The notes beneath the pieces were generated by a model. The model was not told where the DNA came from. It ran no database searches and saw only the letters and a program-made list of their open reading frames with translations. From positions 310,001 through 374,000 of the forward strand of contig NW_026782038.1 in assembly GCF_031769215.1 (NCBI RefSeq): a stretch of DNA of 64,000 nucleotides, given 5' to 3'. Numbering within the stretch: position 1 is the first letter of the stretch; the number at the start of each line of letters is the position of its first letter. The DNA comes from Ylistrum balloti. Taxonomy: Eukaryota. Of the stretch, positions 51,201 through 64,000 are shown in pieces. Both the position numbers and the translations under genes were made by a program.

Positions 51201-53803
51201 CCTCCTTGAATTAGTAATTATCCCACATACGCCACAGTACTACAACACTGATTTCCAAAACCTGAATCCATCAGTTCAAAGATGTCTCAAAATGACTGAG
51301 GGTATTTTGAAGTAGATGGTTTGATTTCATCAATAAACGGCTCGGGTGGTAAGCGAGCACGGGAATCCATAGATTTAGACTACATTTAAATGCCAGAGTG
51401 AAATCCGACAACTCTGAAAGATTCCGTTCATATATGTCAGCTTTGTATAGAGATTTTCTCACATGGAGTTGGCAAACACTCAACTTTAATATACCGCATT
51501 TACCTGACCATAACAATACATTGCGTCGTGTTTTAACAGGGTGCTTAAACAGCTCCCGTTACTGGGTCAATGCTTAAAGAAACCCGAAAAATGAAAATAA
51601 AACATTGATAATGCTTAGTTATTTGAATACGAAATGTTTTCTATGGTAATTATCCCTCTGGGATACACACTTATATAAATGCCACGACAATTTGACAAGT
51701 TAATTTCGTCACTACTGTCACTATTACTTCTTTGTATATATATACTTAATACATATACATATGTATGGGGTATTTACAATTTTATTGCACCAGCAAAGGA
51801 ACTTAATCCCTTCTAATGATTCTAAACATTAGCTTTACGAGAGGATTATCTACAGGCAAAGTGACGTGCCTATTTATAATAAAGAGAAATTGATCACAAA
51901 CAAAGGAAGGAATTGGTGTAAACCAGACATTTTGAATTCTTACTAAACGTAAACTGGATTCAAAATATGACATTTATTTTTCCATGTCTCTTGATACAGA
52001 CAACCTGTCATTTACAAAATAAATTAATAAATAAATACAATTTTTAATGAGTATTTGCAGCTTTACATCAAATTAAATAGTTTGTCATCTTTTTTTTATA
52101 ATTTGAAAATAAAAATGGAAGTAATGTAACATTAAAGAAACGAAATTCTTCTAAATCTTACAAGAGATCATACGACTCTGACATCAGCTAAAGAAATACT
52201 CCTTTGTGTTCAACAGAGTAAAAGGAGACAACATCCCGACAGTACAGCAAACTAAATCACCACAATTATCCGACGTTATTGATAAATCTTATCATTGTGT
52301 AATATTGTTGTATCGACCGACTATTTACGAATGTCGATGATCTTGCTCAATTCACCACACAATACAGTTATATTCCAATGATGACATACATTATGTTAAA
52401 GATGATTATAAAAGAAAATTGTCCCTCACATCAAACATTTTCACAAAACACATTTATAGGTCCCGTGATGAAAGGAAACAAATATCAATACTTAAAGATA
52501 AAAAGGACTGGATGTATTGTTATATCGAATTGTCACGAATTAAAACACATTGTCGATACCGGGGACAGTGTACCGCTATACAGACATATTTATCGGGTCT
52601 TTTTACAGGTTTGGGTCACAATCACTTAAAACCTTGAACACGACACCCACATGGCCATTTTGGTATTAATTTAGATATAATTTTTATTCGCAATTATATG
52701 ACCTCCCCTGTCGCGAACGTGATCATCGCCAAATTGAGAGTGCTTTGGTTTACTTAACTGTTTGAAGTTTCATAAATCTGGTTGAATTGTACTTCCTTAT
52801 AACCAAGTGTCTTTTGTATAGTTCTTTATGAAATAGTAATGCCACGGTTCACTCTCAACACCAGCTTGTCGTAACGATGACCAACAATACTAATTCTGTG
52901 TACATATCGAATGTTATTGTCTTTTTTCAACTTTAGAATTTCAGTGTTAATGTTTCTATTAACTAGACTCATTTTGTACGAACATGCAATGAACGTGCTC
53001 CTTTGATAAATGATACCGTATACACAGCTGGTATCGGTCACATTGAATTTTCTTACTGAAGGTAATCCGTAAACTGTACGTGTGGTACCAACTGCATGTG
53101 TGATTAATCATTTTCATGCAACGGTGTTTAACATGTATAAAAATTAACCGTTATAACCTTGTAAATGCTTTAGACAGCACATACAAATTATTATTATTAA
53201 ATCCCGGTAGAGAGTTCGACCTTGAAAAGAAGTCTTTAAACACAAGTCAAATATATTTTTCCTTATTATATATTACAAAAACAAGCAATTCAAATTTATT
53301 TAAACAACCGACTTCTGTGATATTGAATGGGGATCTAAGTCCTCCTCGTCAGGTGAAGTCCTTCACCCAGCAATTTAGAAGCAACAAATTACGACCTTTA
53401 TTTTTTCAGAAGTTGTTTATTTAGTGTAAACATGAAACTTTTTATTATTATTAATGTTTGATAGTCTTTGATCAAAATAAGTATGACAATAGGCTTTGGG
53501 TTATTCAATCTAAGTTGTTAAAATAACCTTCAGTTAAAAGCAGACCGTGGTCATTCATTTTATCAGGATATTATAGAAGTATGCTACAGAAGAAAAAACA
53601 TTCTGGCAAGAGTTCTTATTTCATCCATTTCATCTTGTTACGATAAAATCTGTCTTCCGTCTTCAGAATTTGTCTTGTTTCGGCATGATGTATCTTGTTT
53701 CGTCAGAATTTTTCCTACTGCTTGCCTTTTCTTGATCTTCTTGAAGAAAATTAAATATTTCATAATCGTCCAAAGTGACCTTCAACGCACCATTACGATC
53801 AGA

Positions 53804-54506
53804 AACAAGAGGCCCATTGCATTAACAGTCATCTGACTACAAAAACTTCCTGCAGGAAGGGTTATTTTTTCTACTTGGAATTAAATCTTACTAAGACACT
53901 GTTTTCCATGATGCTGATGATAGTTTTGGTGAGGATTAGGTAAGTGTAACAGGTGTTACATATTTTTTTGACAATAAATTTGGAGCTCAGTCCCACTAGT
54001 GAAACTGGAGAAGTTTGAAATAGGTTGTTCAGGATGGCGGCCATCCTCGATTTCAGACATACTCGAAAAAAAACAACACTTGGTCAGGACCATTTCAGAC
54101 AAGTTGGAGCCACTGGTGAAACTTGAGAAGAAGTTTGAAATAGGTGTTGCACAGGAAAACCATGATTGTGCAATCATATTACAAAATGGCCTCACACTTT
54201 TGACAAGGTTGAAAAAATGACAACACTATGTTGACTACCTTTCCTTAACATTCCCACTAATGTTTAGCTCATTGGCACCAGTGGAACTGGAGAAGTTAAA
54301 AACATGTTTTTCAAGATGGCGGCCATCTTTGATTTCAGACATACCTGAAAAATAAAAACACTTGGTCAGGACCATCTCAGGATCATTTCAGACACGTTTG
54401 AGCTCAATCCCATTGGTGCAACTTGAGAAGTTTGAAATGTTTAAAGTTTACGCACGGCGGACAACGACGGACGAAACACGATGGCTATAGGTCATATGAC
54501 CTAAAA
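53804..54506 (+). mobile_element. Non-autonomous element starting AACAAGAGGCCC, with internal ~120-bp subrepeats and a 3' palindrome
   Basis: 5' end AACAAGAGGCCCATTGCATTAACAGTCATC is shared with 55264 and 63241. Subterminal CGGCGGACAACGACGGACG, then perfect palindrome TAGGTCATATGACCTA at 54488-54503. Confidence 0.65.
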
Positions 54507-54509
54507 ATG

Positions 54510-55170
54510 CCACTTACATACGTGTATTAGATCACTGTGACCTTGAACCAGTCTGATAATCATTCACCAACATATAAGTGGGCCATATGTAGAAGTTAAT
54601 GAAACGTTTTGGCTGAAGTATGTAGTAACAGATCAAATTGTCTATTGGGCCAGAAGTGTTCACCTGGTTTTAACATAATTGTAGTCACATTTCTGATGAT
54701 GTATGGTTTCCTTTTACCTCTCAGTCTCGGAAAATCAGAGTTTTGTCAGGTTGCAGTCAGAAAAGCATTTCCCCCAGTGGCAACACAATTCTGAAGTGGG
54801 ACATTAAAACTGTACTGAGTAAGGCATGTGCTTATTGTCTGCAAAGTTTGTGAAACACTTGTGTCTTTATAGTGGTATTGTCACAAGGAACACACATGCC
54901 AAATATTAAATCCTACCTCTTACTGTGTAATAGCTATAGCAAAGTTTGTTTTTTTTTTCAAATTTAAGTCAAAGGTCACATTCAACGTCACATGGTCAAA
55001 ACTTTTTTTTGTACCACCAGAAAGATCTTACCACAAAGAACAGACATGCCAAATATGCAAAGCCCTATCTCAATTGTTAGATCAATAGTTATGGGCAAGG
55101 TTAATGTTGACACCAAACAGCACAAGAACAATATGCCCTCATTCTTTCAATTGGGGCCATACAAATTTAG
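54510..55170 (+). mobile_element. Fragment of a related non-autonomous element
   Basis: TGACCTTGA and AAAGGTCACA motifs, with a terminal hairpin-like ATATGCCCTC-N11-TGGGGCCATAC near 55132-55162. Confidence 0.45.
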
Positions 55171-55263
55171 CAGGGCCTTCTGGGTGATATGACTATACAT
55201 TGAATTTGAAGTGAATAAGACAATCCACATAGATGTCATAGCACCTATTCGTCTGTTACAAAG

Positions 55264-55790
55264 AACAAGAGGCCCAATGGGCCTGCAGCGCACACCTGGT
55301 ATATACCATCATATTTGACCCCTGTGACCTTGAATATAAGTCAAGGTCATTTCGTTTCCTAACAAAATACTAGCCAAATATTTTGCCTCAAGGCTTTTAA
55401 GTTTATGAAAAGTCATTTAAATGTTTTAACAAATTTGACTCCTGTGACCTTAAATATAAGTCGAGATAATTTATTTTCACAAACTTTGTCAGGCTTCATA
55501 AAAGGAACATACTAGTCAAATATCACTAATGAGAAGAAGTCATTTAAAGGTTTTAAGATTCTGACCTCTGTGACCTTGAATATAAGTCAAGGTAATTTGT
55601 TTTAGCGGATTTTGTTGGGATTCATCCTAGAAACATATCAGCCTACTATCATGCCTCTAAGCCGTTTAGTTCATGAGTAGAAGTCATTTAAAGGTTTAAG
55701 GAAATCTGAGCTGTGATCTTGAAAAGAGATCAAGGTCATTTACTTTTTTGTAGTGCTTCATCCAAGGAACAATCTGATTCAGTTACTTAT
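55264..55790 (+). mobile_element. AACAAGAGGCCC-family element with four subrepeats, each carrying the dyad TGACCTTGA-N7-TCAAGGTCA
   Basis: Dyad at 55325, 55445 (degenerate), 55571 and 55714; spacing 120-143 bp. Confidence 0.65.
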
Positions 55791-58712
55791 CACATGATTG
55801 TCGTTTGTGTTGTTATTCAGTAAAACAATTTATAGGATCCAATGTTATATGACCTACTGTGACATCAAAAGTAAGGTCAGAAGCAGAAAAGAAAACGATG
55901 TAACACAATCTTGGCTAATCACAGATTATGACATCATAATGGTGACCTTTGATATAGAGTCAAGATTATTTCAACCTTGATATGGAAATATTTATAAAAA
56001 TAGTTCATTACGTGATGAAAAGATCTTAAATATTTTCCATTTCACATGTGATTGATGAAACTGTTCACAATTTTTTTTATTTCAGTTCACTTTAAATGGT
56101 AATGTTTTAGATTGTTTCATAAATCACATATAATGTATGAAATGAGAACTCATATAATATTCATATACCTATCCTAAGGAAAACTATTTATTTATCTATT
56201 GATTTCAAGAAACACATCAAAATGCAAAACTAGGAAATGAAGTGTTGAAGACATCATTGTAGTCGCCAGTAGCAAAAAGTAGCACCATCATTTGTTTTAC
56301 TGTTATAGTGATTCACTGGTGAAACAAAAATGGGACGCTCTAATATCAAAGAGGAACACATGTATAATAAAACCATTTTCAAACTCAACAAAGGACTATA
56401 AATACATGTTTATTTCAGTAACATATATTTTCAATATACAATCAACAATCTTTAGTTAATGAATAAGTAAGTACAATAAACAACAGATCACATATAAATG
56501 GTAGTTCTATTCTATTTTTGTCTTTGTACTTTTCATTTTTGTCTGTAGTCTGTAATCAAAGATCACTAAATGAAAGACTTAGTTTATCAGAAACAGACAA
56601 ATAAACCATACCAAATATTGGAAAATTAAACATATATTTATGACAGTGTATTAACAGAGTTCACCTAAGGTCAACACCTTAATTAAGCTCATTATTTATC
56701 TCTATTGGTGCATATTATATTGTTTCCTGAATTTTAAAAGTTTCATATGAAATAGAAGTGGTTCACCCACTTAAAAATTGAAAGATACAAAATATGACAA
56801 GCTTAATTGTATAATTTTGATGATTTGTTATTTTTTGTCATATGTCTGTTTTTACCAAAGTCTATTTTATCAGTAGAAAAGCAGGCAGATTATCATGTTA
56901 CATCTTACCTACTGGTAAAATTTGAATTGACACAAATCTACATGTATATACTTCACTAACATTTATCTAGTGTTGAATCCTTTCTCAGTGTTTTGGGTAA
57001 AACTTAACAATCAAATGTATTCCATATAGAAACCAAGATTGCTGGTAAGTGGCTTTTGGAAATCCATTACAAGCAGGTATGTACATCTCTGGTCTTGATT
57101 TCTATGTTGAATCCTCAATTTATCTTGGGTATATAGCCAAAAGCAACCATTTTCTGTAATAAAAAGGTGTTATTTGTAAACAGAAAATAATTCACAAGAA
57201 ATGGCCAATGGATATTAGACTAGAAATGTCATAATATAGATGAATACCCCTGAAACCCCCTTGCATACTGACATATATCGCATAGGGGATAATTTGATCT
57301 GTAAATCCAAATGCGTTAGTTTCTATCTTCAAAGTCTGGAAAACTGAACCAATCAACCAGGATTCACACTACATCTCTTGCCCTGAGTGTTGCAGCCACA
57401 CACAAAAATTTAAAGTCATTATATCTGATCATTAGGCAAAAATATCAGAAAAACTGCCATTTTGCCATATATTGCAAGTGCAAAGGGCCATTACTCCATT
57501 TGAATTTGGATTTTTTTCAGTTAAGATGTGACATCAATCTGCAACAGTGTAAGTTGAAGCCATATGCCAAACTTGAAGTCATTATTTCCTAGTATAACTG
57601 AAAAAGTCTAGATTACTGCCATCTTGTCCAACATTCTAGATGCAAAGGTCAATAACTCAACCCAAATTTGGATTTTTGACCAGAATTCAAACTTAAACTG
57701 TAAAACTGTAGTTTGAAACCATCACCAGATTTGAAGATATCCAGGGATTTTCCCCCATCATCTGGAGCCTTTTCATCTAATCTTGGGAAGAAAACTGATC
57801 TACTGAGAAAGAAATTTTCAGGAGTAAACCGTATATTTTGGGGTTTTTAACCATTTTATGAAATAAATTCAAGTGGGGAAAAAAGCTTCTCCGAATCTCC
57901 AAACATAATGGATAAATCTCCAGTAAACAAACTGTTTCATAGCATTGGGACAGACCCATGGATGGATGAGGGTAAATGGAGAGGCTCAGAGGTAACATTT
58001 GCTAGGTATTAAGGTAATATTTCTCTACAACTTTATTTCCATTAATGAGCCCTGTGGGAAGGTGGGGGCAGATAATATATATACATATATGAATTCAACT
58101 CACCTTCAACAATGGAAGCTCCATACCCTATATAGCTTTATCTTACCACGGGTCATAGTACATTGCCATAGTACAGATTCTACATATATATCAATTAAGA
58201 AAAGAAAAATAATGAAAAAAAAACCTTCACCTAGAGATGCTTAAGACAAAAATTTGGTTTCAATACCTGACCTGATAGAAGACAGGATTTTAAAGAAACT
58301 AACCTTCTTTCCCCTATTTAGCCCAAACACTCTGCACCAAGAGTATGGAACATTGAAGGAAACTTACTACTTGTTAGGTCTTAATGAGCATGTACATAAA
58401 ATTCTTTGAAATGAAATGTCAGAAGCGAGGACACGCTGGAAACCATATATTTTTGGGCAAAAATTGTAAGGGAATGGTAAGTGGAGATACCAAAGTAATG
58501 TAAAAGATCCTCTCTGATAGTGAAACTTGAAAAATCTAGCAGTTGGTTTTCAGTTTTAGACACTTCAAACCAATTGCTAGCCTAATATTAAAAAAGAAAA
58601 AAAAAATGTTTGAAATGTCAAATGAACCAAACCTTATAACCTTATTGAATAAAGATGCCAGTTTTAAATTTTGAAAAATATGAGAGATGCATCTAGGTAA
58701 TAAAGGGCTTAC

Positions 58713-61700
58713 CTTCACATCTGGATTAGTTTTGATCTTGTGAGATGCTAACATCAAATTTTCAAAGCCAGTTATCCAGTCATTCAGTAACTTCTCCCGA
58801 TATTTCTTTTCATTTTCCTTGTTTTCTAGCTTGTCAGAAAGTCTAGAGTAAAAGAAAAACTGAAGATTTAACATCAAATTCATATCTCTCATTGCAATAA
58901 GGTAAAGCAGTATATGTAATTATATCTTAATTTTACCCAAAGCTTCAGAATTCAACTTGCACAATTTTTTCTCACAATATAATAAAAGGGGCATAACTCC
59001 TAAGAAAACCATGAAGGAGAAGAAAAAATTATTCACATCGAAAAATTGAATTCTTAATTGTTAAGATTATTGTCTCATCTTTGATATGTACACAGACCGA
59101 CTGACAGACAGATGGGTAGAACAGACAAACTGAATTGTACAAGCACATCTCAATATCTTAAATAGGGGAACAAACCTGATGTTTTTCTGTTGTAGATGGG
59201 ACAACTCATTCCTGCTCTCTTTGATGTTTCTTCTTGCCTGCAACAGAGATTTATTCAATCATCAGAACATACTGGCAAGCAAAATAGGAATGAATTACGA
59301 AGAAATGAATCTTCTGTTAAACATTAATTTGACAATTGAAATGGAACTAAACATACCCGTATAATGTCTGAACGCTTCTGTCTAATGTCTTGAACAGCTT
59401 CTATCTGAAATGAAAAATAAATGAATAAATAACTGAACTTGTTCAATACAAAGAACTTGACATTCTGTTACTAGGGTAATGTTGTTTCAATATTTTGCAA
59501 TAAGGTTAATCAAATATTAAACAAAAATTCCATAAATATGTACATTCTGCCATTCTTTTTTTTGAATCTTTAAATCAAGTAGTCTATCGGGTAACACAAG
59601 AAAATTTTCGCAAAAGACATCATTAAAGCGATGTACATTTGTACAAATTTTGGGGTCAAAATTATTGAAAAGGAAAAATTATTGAAGTTTATATTGAGCA
59701 TAAAATTTTTGCTCTTTTTAAAAATTTATTTTTAAATTAAGCAATCCCAAGTCTCCTTGTCTTGATTTGAGTGGTGCTGAGTACACCCTTGAGTTAATGT
59801 AATGTACATACTGATACATTCTGACATGACAAATGTTAACATGGTCACTAAAGCAGTAGTTCTTCATAACAATCTACATTGTATACAGATGCTTATTACA
59901 AAGTCACTTCAATGATATCCAGCTGGTAGCTTTAAAAGGAATAGAAATGTATGATCAAGATGTCACCATAAGTACTTTAGGCATCCTCCTGGACCTGAAT
60001 GACCAAGATGTCACCATAAGTACTTTGGGCATCCTCCTGGACCTGAATGACCAAGATGTCACCGTAAGTACTTTAGGCATCCTCCTGGACCTGAATGACC
60101 AAGATGTCTCCATAAGTACTTTGGGCATCCTCCTGGACCTGAATGACCAAGATGTCACCATAAGTACTTTGGGCATCCTCCTGGACCTGAATGACCAAGA
60201 TGTCACCATAAGTACTTTGGGCATCCTCCTGGACCTGAATGACCAAGATGTCACCGTAAGTACTTTAGGTACTTTAGGCATCCTCCTGGACCTGAATGAC
60301 CAAGATGTCACCATAAGTACTTTGGGCATCCTCCTGGACCTGAATGACCAAGATGTCACCATAAGTACTTTGGGCATCCTCCTGGACCTGAATGACCAAG
60401 ATGTCACCGTAAGTACTTTAGGCATCCTCCTGGACCTGAATGACCAAGATGTCTCCATAAGTACTTTGGGCATCCTCCTGGACCTGAATGACCAAGATGT
60501 CACCATAAGTACTTTGGGCATCCTCCTGGACCTGAATGACCAAGATGTCACCATAAGTACTTTAGGCATCCTCCTGGACCTGAATGACCAAGATGGTGTG
60601 GGCATCCTCCTGGACCTGAATGACCAAGATGTTACCATAAGTACTTTAGGCATCCTCCTGGACCTGAATGACCAAGATGTCACCATAAGTACTTTAGGCA
60701 TCCTCCTGGACCTGAATGACCAAGATGGTGTGGGCATCCTCCTGGACCTGAATGACCAAGATGTTACCATAAGTACTTTAGGCATCCTCCTGGACCTGAA
60801 TGACCAAGATGTCACCATAAGTACTTTGGGCATCCTCCTGGACCTGAATGACCAAGATGTCACCATAAGTACTTTAGGCATTCTCCTGGACCTGAATGAC
60901 CAAGATGTCACCATAAGTACTTTGGGCATCCTCCTGGACCTTCATGTATTCCCGAGTCTCCCATTAAAGGCAATATTTACAATTTATCAATAAGATGTCC
61001 ACCTCATTTTACATGTATCTCTCCTTTCTTTCCTCTAATATGACCTTGTCTTGTTCAGATGAAGTAACAAGATAAAAAGTGATACTTACTGTATTAGTGA
61101 TTGATTTCCGAACATAACTCAGCAGCTGATATTCCTTCCTCTTAATGGCTGGTAAATCTTTTCCACTTCTAGATGAGAAAGTAAAATCTGTGAAACACTC
61201 ATATCTACTCCACGGTAGGCATGTAATGCTCTCAGGGCATGTATTTATATTATAATCCAGGACTGTTATGATGATGGGTTAAAAACACTTGCATTGAATT
61301 AATTCAGTTTTCAGATTAATCAGATCAGCATTAGGTTTCAATGATTTAACTAGCTCCTTCTACACATATATCTTACATTAAACTTCCAAACAGCCAATAC
61401 CTCTCTAACAGGGCCCTGTCTCTCAGGAAGGCCACTATGTATTGACACAAATCATGTGTAGTGTGTATTGTAATAATAACATGATGTTAACTATGAATTT
61501 TTAATCACAATGTTGAAATGTTTTATCATATAATTCAAAGTGTACTGAAATAAAGTAACTGTTATGTCAATGTAACATTTAAATAAAAAGTTGATACTAG
61601 AAGGTTTCTATTAATACTTGTGAGATTTACTATCCATATTTCAGTACAAACATTTTCTGCATACAGTATCAAAGTTTATATAAACTAATACCTGGCTGCT

Positions 61701-61800
61701 TCAAGTTTTTGTTCAAGGTCATCAAGAACAATATCCAGGTCAAGGACAGATCCCTTGGAACGTTTCTCCATTTCACCCTGCCATAGCCTAAGTGTGTGTA
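58713..61800 (-). CDS. Gene G (partial at both ends): multi-exon coiled-coil protein, weakly CENP-U-like
   Basis: join(61800-61692, 61168-61090, 59404-59357, 59237-59176, 58842-58713), phases 2,0,0,2, all GT-AG and in frame: HTLRLWQGEMEKRSKGSVLDLDIVLDDLEQKLEAARSGKDLPAIKRKEYQLLSYVRKSITNTIEAVQDIRQKRSDIIRARRNIKESRNELSHLQQKNIRLSDKLENKENEKKYREKLLNDWITGFENLMLASHKIKTNPDVK. First and last exons were not resolved. Confidence 0.7.
59953..60945. repeat. 48-bp minisatellite, 21 units, inside an intron of gene G
   Basis: Unit GACCAAGATGTCACCATAAGTACTTTGGGCATCCTCCTGGACCTGAAT. Eighteen 48-bp units, two 36-bp units and one 57-bp unit. It is open as (DQDVTISTLGILLDLN)n on + and (MPKVLMVTSWSFRSRR)n on -. Confidence 0.95.
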
Positions 61801-62047
61801 CTACAAAGATACAGATATCTATATAAAGTCATTACCCTTCAAGAGTTTTACAGTAGCTTGTACTTATCATTGAGAAAATATAGTTTTGGTAAAAACAGAA
61901 AGACAGTTCCCTCCTTTTCCCATTCACTGTGGTTAAATAACATATGATAACAAAAGAAAATTCTAGTGTCAGTCAACAGTATTAAAAACTAGACTTTGGA
62001 AGGACATATGTACAATCAGTAACTTAAGAAGTGTGGTAAGATACTAC

Positions 62048-63235
62048 AAAATCTTAACCTAAACCTCACACAACAAAACACCTTAACCTAAACTTTCACC
62101 ACACATACAAATCCTTAACCTAAACCATCACCAAACAAAAACCTTTAACCTAAACCTTCACCAAACAAAACAATTTAACCAAAACCTTCACCAAACATAC
62201 AAAACCTTAACCTTAACCAACATACAAAACCTTAACCTAAACCTTAACCAAACACACAAAACCTTAACCTAAACCCTCATCAAACACACAAAACCTTCAC
62301 CTAAACCTTCACTAAACACACAAAACCTTAACCTAAACCCTCACCAAACACACAAAACCTTAACTTAAACCTTCACCAAGCATACAAAACCTTAACCTAA
62401 ACCTTCACCAAACATACTAAACCTTAACCTAAACCTTCACCAAACATACTAAACCTTAACCTAAACCTTCACCAAACATACTAAACCTTAACCTAAACCT
62501 TCACCAAACATACAAAACCTTAACCTTAATCAAACATACAAAACCTTAACCTAAACCTTCACCAAACATACAAAACCTTAACCTAAACCTTCACTAAACA
62601 TACAAAACCTTAACCTAAACCTTCACTAAACATACAAAACCTTAACCTAAACCTTCACCAAACATACAAAACCTTAACCTAAACCTTCACCAAACACACA
62701 AAACCTTAACTTAAACCTTCACCAAACACACAAAACCTTAACTTAAACCTTCACCAAGCATACAAAACCTTAACCTAAACCCTCACCAAACACACAAAAC
62801 CTTAACTTAAACCTTCACCAAGCATACAAAACCTTAACTTAAACCTTCACCAAACATACAAAACCTTAACTTAAACCTTCACCAAACACACAAAACCTTA
62901 ACTTAAACATTCACCAAACATACAAAACCTTAACCTAAACCTTCACTAAACATACAAAACCTTAACCTAAACCTTCACTAAACATACAAAACCTTAACTT
63001 AAACCTTCACTAAACATACAAAACCTTAACCTAAACCTTCACTAAACATACAAAACCTTAACTTAAACCTTCACTAAACATACAAAACCTTAACCTAAAC
63101 CTTCACTAAACATACAAAACCTTAACCTAAACCTTCACTAAACATACAAAACCTTAACTTAAACATTCACCAAACATACAAAACCCTTACCTAAACATTC
63201 ACCAAACACACAAAACCTTATCCAAACATTTATCA
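62048..63235. repeat. 32-bp A/C-rich satellite, roughly 35-37 copies, with a remnant at 63721-63850
   Basis: Unit AAAACCTTAACCTAAACCTTCACCAAACATAC, period 32 (62540, 62572). The plus strand is almost devoid of G. Confidence 0.95.
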
Positions 63236-63240
63236 ATAGT

Positions 63241-63720
63241 AACAAGAGGTACATAAGGCATTAACAGTCATCTTAGGTTCCAATTATGGTCATTGAGGAG
63301 AATTTGTTTAAATGATTTTCTTGTATTTGACAACTATGACCTTAATCAAAGGTCATGTTCATTCATCTAAAGAAACTTGGAGGTCCTTCATCCCAAAATG
63401 TTACAGCCCCAATATCAGGTCTCTGGGCCTCTCAGTTTTTGAGAAGAAGTTGTTTGAAGATTTCAGCATATGTAATCTTGAAAGTAAGTCAAGGTCATTC
63501 ACCTGAACAAACTTGGTAGCCCTTCATCACAGCATGCTACTGGCACAACATCAAGACCCTTGATCATTTTGTTATTGAGAAAAAGTCGTTTGAAGATTTT
63601 AACACATTTGACCTCTGTAACCTTGAAAATAGGTCAAGGTGATTCATGTAAATTGTTCATGACACACGGCAGACGTCGCCCGACAAAAGATGATTGCCAG
63701 AGGTCACTTGAGACTTTGTC
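63241..63720 (+). mobile_element. AACAAGAGG-family element between two tracts of the 32-bp satellite
   Basis: Starts AACAAGAGGTACATAAGGCATTAACAGTCATC (compare 53804). It has TCAAGGTCA dyad subrepeats at about 63474 and 63617 and a subterminal CACGGCAGACGTCGCCCGAC. Satellite sequence lies on both sides. Confidence 0.65.
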
Positions 63721-64000
63721 CTTAACCTAAACCTTACCCAAACATTCATCAAAATACAAAACCTGAATCCAAACGTTCATCCAAAGAACAAACACTTAAG
63801 CCCAACCATCACAAAAGGTACACAACCTAAACACAAACCTTCACCAAAGGTAAATGCAGCAATGATGTGAGACCAAATCATATTGGTTTTACTGGTAATC
63901 AGTCCTGATGTCAGTGATGAACAAACAATTAATTTACAAATATTTACATTCCTGAATATGATAAAATACATTCCACATATTCAGTACAATGGTAAATGCT

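Noticed and set aside
53660-53710. CTGACGA...GAAA on the minus strand, suggesting a hammerhead
   Set aside because: There is no pairable stem II and no NUH cleavage triplet; it is explained by a short local duplication.
61401-61434. Candidate 34-nt exon (GLPERQGPVRE) in gene G
   Set aside because: It has plausible splice sites, but its phase-0 end does not join the next exon. The model is in frame without it.

Overview
Eukaryotic, AT-rich, intron-containing genomic DNA. The repeat families suggest an invertebrate, probably a bivalve mollusc (inference). There is no prokaryotic content, CRISPR array, rRNA or convincing tRNA. The main discovery is a cluster of four paralogous secreted-protein genes in mirror arrangement: A(-) 7614-8487, B(-) 13656-15473, C(+) 22944-25561, D(+) 36944-41267. 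Each encodes a signal peptide, a paralog-specific low-complexity block and the same ~80-aa 12-cysteine domain. The domain is split over small exons, so the ORF track mostly misses it. Its second half resembles a VWC/TILa/pacifastin-type module; I cannot assign its first half. Three other genes were modelled by hand: a 5-exon orphan (E, 2140-4950, -), a single-exon two-TM protein (F, 45473-46300, -) and a partial coiled-coil gene with weak CENP-U-like features (G, 58713-61800, -). The rest is decayed LINE fragments, non-autonomous elements with terminal hairpins, a foldback carrying three hammerhead-ribozyme-like cores, and many minisatellites, some densely packed with E-boxes or CCAAT/GATA motifs. 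Gene models were assembled manually from GT-AG sites and codon phase. No database searches were run, and family assignments are from memory of consensus patterns.
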